From assembly GCA_937921685.1 (NCBI GenBank), contig CAKZUF010000027.1:1-17605 (forward strand): DNA of 17,605 nt. Reading direction: 5' to 3'. Positions 15,862-17,605 of this stretch are shown here, one piece after another. The translations under genes and the position numbers were made by a program. Each line of letters starts with the position of its first letter. Within the stretch, counting starts at the first letter, position 1. The stretch comes from an uncultured archaeon. Its GTDB lineage: Archaea; Thermoproteota; Nitrososphaeria_A; Caldarchaeales; Calditenuaceae. The notes beneath the pieces are model-generated. The model was not told where the DNA came from. It worked only from the letters and a program-made list of their open reading frames with translations, and searched no databases.

Positions 15862-17211
15862 ATGGACGTAGGTGAGGCGCTTAGAAAGGCGATCTCCCGC
15901 TTCATGGGTCAGGCTTCACATGATAAGGAGGCTCTAGAGGAGCTTATCAGGGACATTCAGAGAGCCCTGCTCTCCGCAGACGTGAATGTTGAGCTGGTCA
16001 TGGAACTCTCGGAGAATATCCGGAGAAAAGCAGCCGAGTCCAGGCCGCCACCAGGAGTCTCGAGAAGGGACCACATCTTCAAGATACTCTATGAAGAGCT
16101 TGTGAGGCTTCTTGGCGGTGTCCAGCCCCCCTACAAGCCCCGGGGCAGGCCACACGTGCTGGTGACGGTCGGCATACAGGGGTCGGGGAAGACAACCAGT
16201 GTCGCCAAGCTCTCATACTACCTAGCCAAGCACGGGTATAAGGTGGGGGTTGTCTGCGCAGACACCTACAGGCCCGCAGCCCTCATACAGCTTCAACAGC
16301 TCCTCCAGGACAAGGCCATCCCAGTATACGGAGAGGCAGACTCCTCAGACCCCACCTCAATAGCGAGGCGGGGTATAGAGAGCCTAAAGTCGAGGGGCCT
16401 CGACGTAATAATAGTCGACACTGCGGGCAGGCATAAGGACCAGGACTCGCTTATGAGGGAGATGGAAGAGATACTAAAGACGCTGAGACCGGATGAGGTT
16501 GTCCTCGTATTGGACGCAACCATTGGACAGAGGGCGAGGAGCCAGGCCGAGGCTTTCAACCGCGTAGCTAAGATTGGCTGGGTTATGCTAACGAAGATGG
16601 ACACATCCGCTAGGGCGGGCGGCGCGCTCTCGGCCGTTGCTGCAACAGGCGCGCCCATCCGCTTCATAGGGACGGGAGAACGCATTGAAGACATAGAGAC
16701 ATTCTCAGCCGACAGATACTTGGCGCGGCTACTCGGCATGCCCGACATAGCCGGCCTCGTCGAGAGGGTGAGGCTCGCAGAGGTGAAGATCTCCGAGGAC
16801 GCGGCGGAGAAGATGATGAGTGGGCGGTTCACTCTGCCCGACATGGTAAACCAGTTGAAAGAGGTCGCCAAGATGGGGCCTCTCGATAAACTCCTCTCGA
16901 TGCTCCCACTCCCTAAGGTTAAGTCGATAGACGTTGAGGGGTTGGAGGAGCAGGTGAAGAGGTGGGAGGCAGTGGTGAACTCCATGACACCAGAGGAGAG
17001 GCGAGACCCTACAATAATAGACTCGTCAAGGGCCAGAAGGATTGCGAGGGGTGCAGGCGTGACTGAAAGGGATGTTAAACAACTAATCAAGCGCTATAAC
17101 GAGACTAAGCGTCTGATGAAGACGCTGAAGCGTAGCGCCGGCAGGATGCCGCGTGACCTCCTTCTTGGGCTGGGGCGTAGGGAGTTTGAGAGAGACGCTC
17201 TCAAAGGCTAG
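15862..17211 (+). CDS. srp54: Signal recognition particle 54 kDa protein (SRP54/Ffh)
   Basis: 449-aa ORF: 'HVLVTVGIQGSGKTTSVAKLSYYLAKHGYKVGVVCADTYRPAALIQLQQL', 'VIIVDTAGRHKDQDSLMREMEEI', 'GRFTLPDMVNQLKEVAKMGPL'. Confidence 0.97.
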   Translation: MDVGEALRKAISRFMGQASHDKEALEELIRDIQRALLSADVNVELVMELSENIRRKAAESRPPPGVSRRDHIFKILYEELVRLLGGVQPPYKPRGRPHVLVTVGIQGSGKTTSVAKLSYYLAKHGYKVGVVCADTYRPAALIQLQQLLQDKAIPVYGEADSSDPTSIARRGIESLKSRGLDVIIVDTAGRHKDQDSLMREMEEILKTLRPDEVVLVLDATIGQRARSQAEAFNRVAKIGWVMLTKMDTSARAGGALSAVAATGAPIRFIGTGERIEDIETFSADRYLARLLGMPDIAGLVERVRLAEVKISEDAAEKMMSGRFTLPDMVNQLKEVAKMGPLDKLLSMLPLPKVKSIDVEGLEEQVKRWEAVVNSMTPEERRDPTIIDSSRARRIARGAGVTERDVKQLIKRYNETKRLMKTLKRSAGRMPRDLLLGLGRREFERDALKG

Positions 17212-17605
17212 GCAGATTCTCATAAAATATCGGCTTTGCAACAGGTGTTTAGGAAGGCTCCTAGCCCCAAACAGGCCTAGCTCAGAATCCCTCAACACAG
17301 GTGAAGTTATTAAGGCGGAGCTGCTGGATGAGGCTCGCGCCCTGCTAGACCGGCACCAAGAGGAGGCCACGGCTCTGATCAAGGTGCTATCAGAGTCAGG
17401 GTATAGGATGGCACAAGATGAGGCGTTAAGCCGTGGACTTGGAGTCGAGAAGAAAACATGCCCTATCTGCCTAGATAGGCTCACAGACGAGGTGATCGAC
17501 GCTGTTGTGGCAGAGGCGGTTAGAAGGGTTTCAGACTACGAGTTTGAAGACTTCCTCGTCGGCGCGTATATCCCTAAATACATAGCCGCGATCGAGGAGC
17601 GGATA
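17186..17605 (+). CDS. pus10: tRNA pseudouridine synthase Pus10, N-terminal part (runs off the window end)
   Basis: Manual translation from TTG 17186: MRETLSKARQILIKYRLCNRCLGRLLAPNRPSSESLNTGEVIKAELLDEARALL...KKTCPICLDRLTDEVIDAVVAEAVRRVSDYEFEDFLVGAYIPKYIAAIEERI; CxxCLGR and CPIC zinc-binding motifs plus 'FLVG'. Confidence 0.8.
   Translation, partial: MRETLSKARQILIKYRLCNRCLGRLLAPNRPSSESLNTGEVIKAELLDEARALLDRHQEEATALIKVLSESGYRMAQDEALSRGLGVEKKTCPICLDRLTDEVIDAVVAEAVRRVSDYEFEDFLVGAYIPKYIAAIEERI

Noticed and set aside
16293-17090. 265-aa minus-strand ORF opposite srp54
   Set aside because: Low-complexity, Ser/Thr-rich shadow translation of the well-supported srp54 gene.

Overview
Archaeal chromosomal window, most likely a thermophilic crenarchaeon (Thermoproteota), inferred from gene content, GTG/TTG starts and TATA-like boxes at leaderless spacing. 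Supported genes, left to right: a heptad-repeat coiled-coil protein with a PD-(D/E)XK-like C-terminus (DUF3782-like); adenosine-specific kinase; a TldD/PmbA-family protein of TldE-like type; a divergent kinase-like protein; two tandem paralogous Pol-beta-type nucleotidyltransferases; a TerC/Alx membrane protein; the B12-binding small subunit and, convergently, the large subunit of an acyl-CoA mutase; a MeaB/ArgK GTPase; a fused HEPN(HepT-like)-MNT protein; a small retropepsin-like aspartyl protease; tRNA-Ile(GAU); an OxlT-like MFS transporter; SRP54; and the 5' end of pus10, which the ORF track misses. Main leads: (1) the 'methylmalonyl-CoA mutase' large subunit has Phe/Gln at the two specificity positions, which is the isobutyryl-CoA mutase pattern, and its B12 subunit has an altered SxL motif; (2) the fused HEPN-MNT protein has Arg in place of the RX4HXY histidine; (3) a decayed MeaB relic lies about 2.4 kb from the intact gene and differs from it only by C->T/G->A changes over 60 nt; (4) a TnpB-like C-terminal relic; (5) a kinase-like gene next to two paralogous three-part nucleotidyltransferases. 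No CRISPR array, rRNA or intact transposon was seen. I cannot demonstrate a complete new defence system from this sequence alone.
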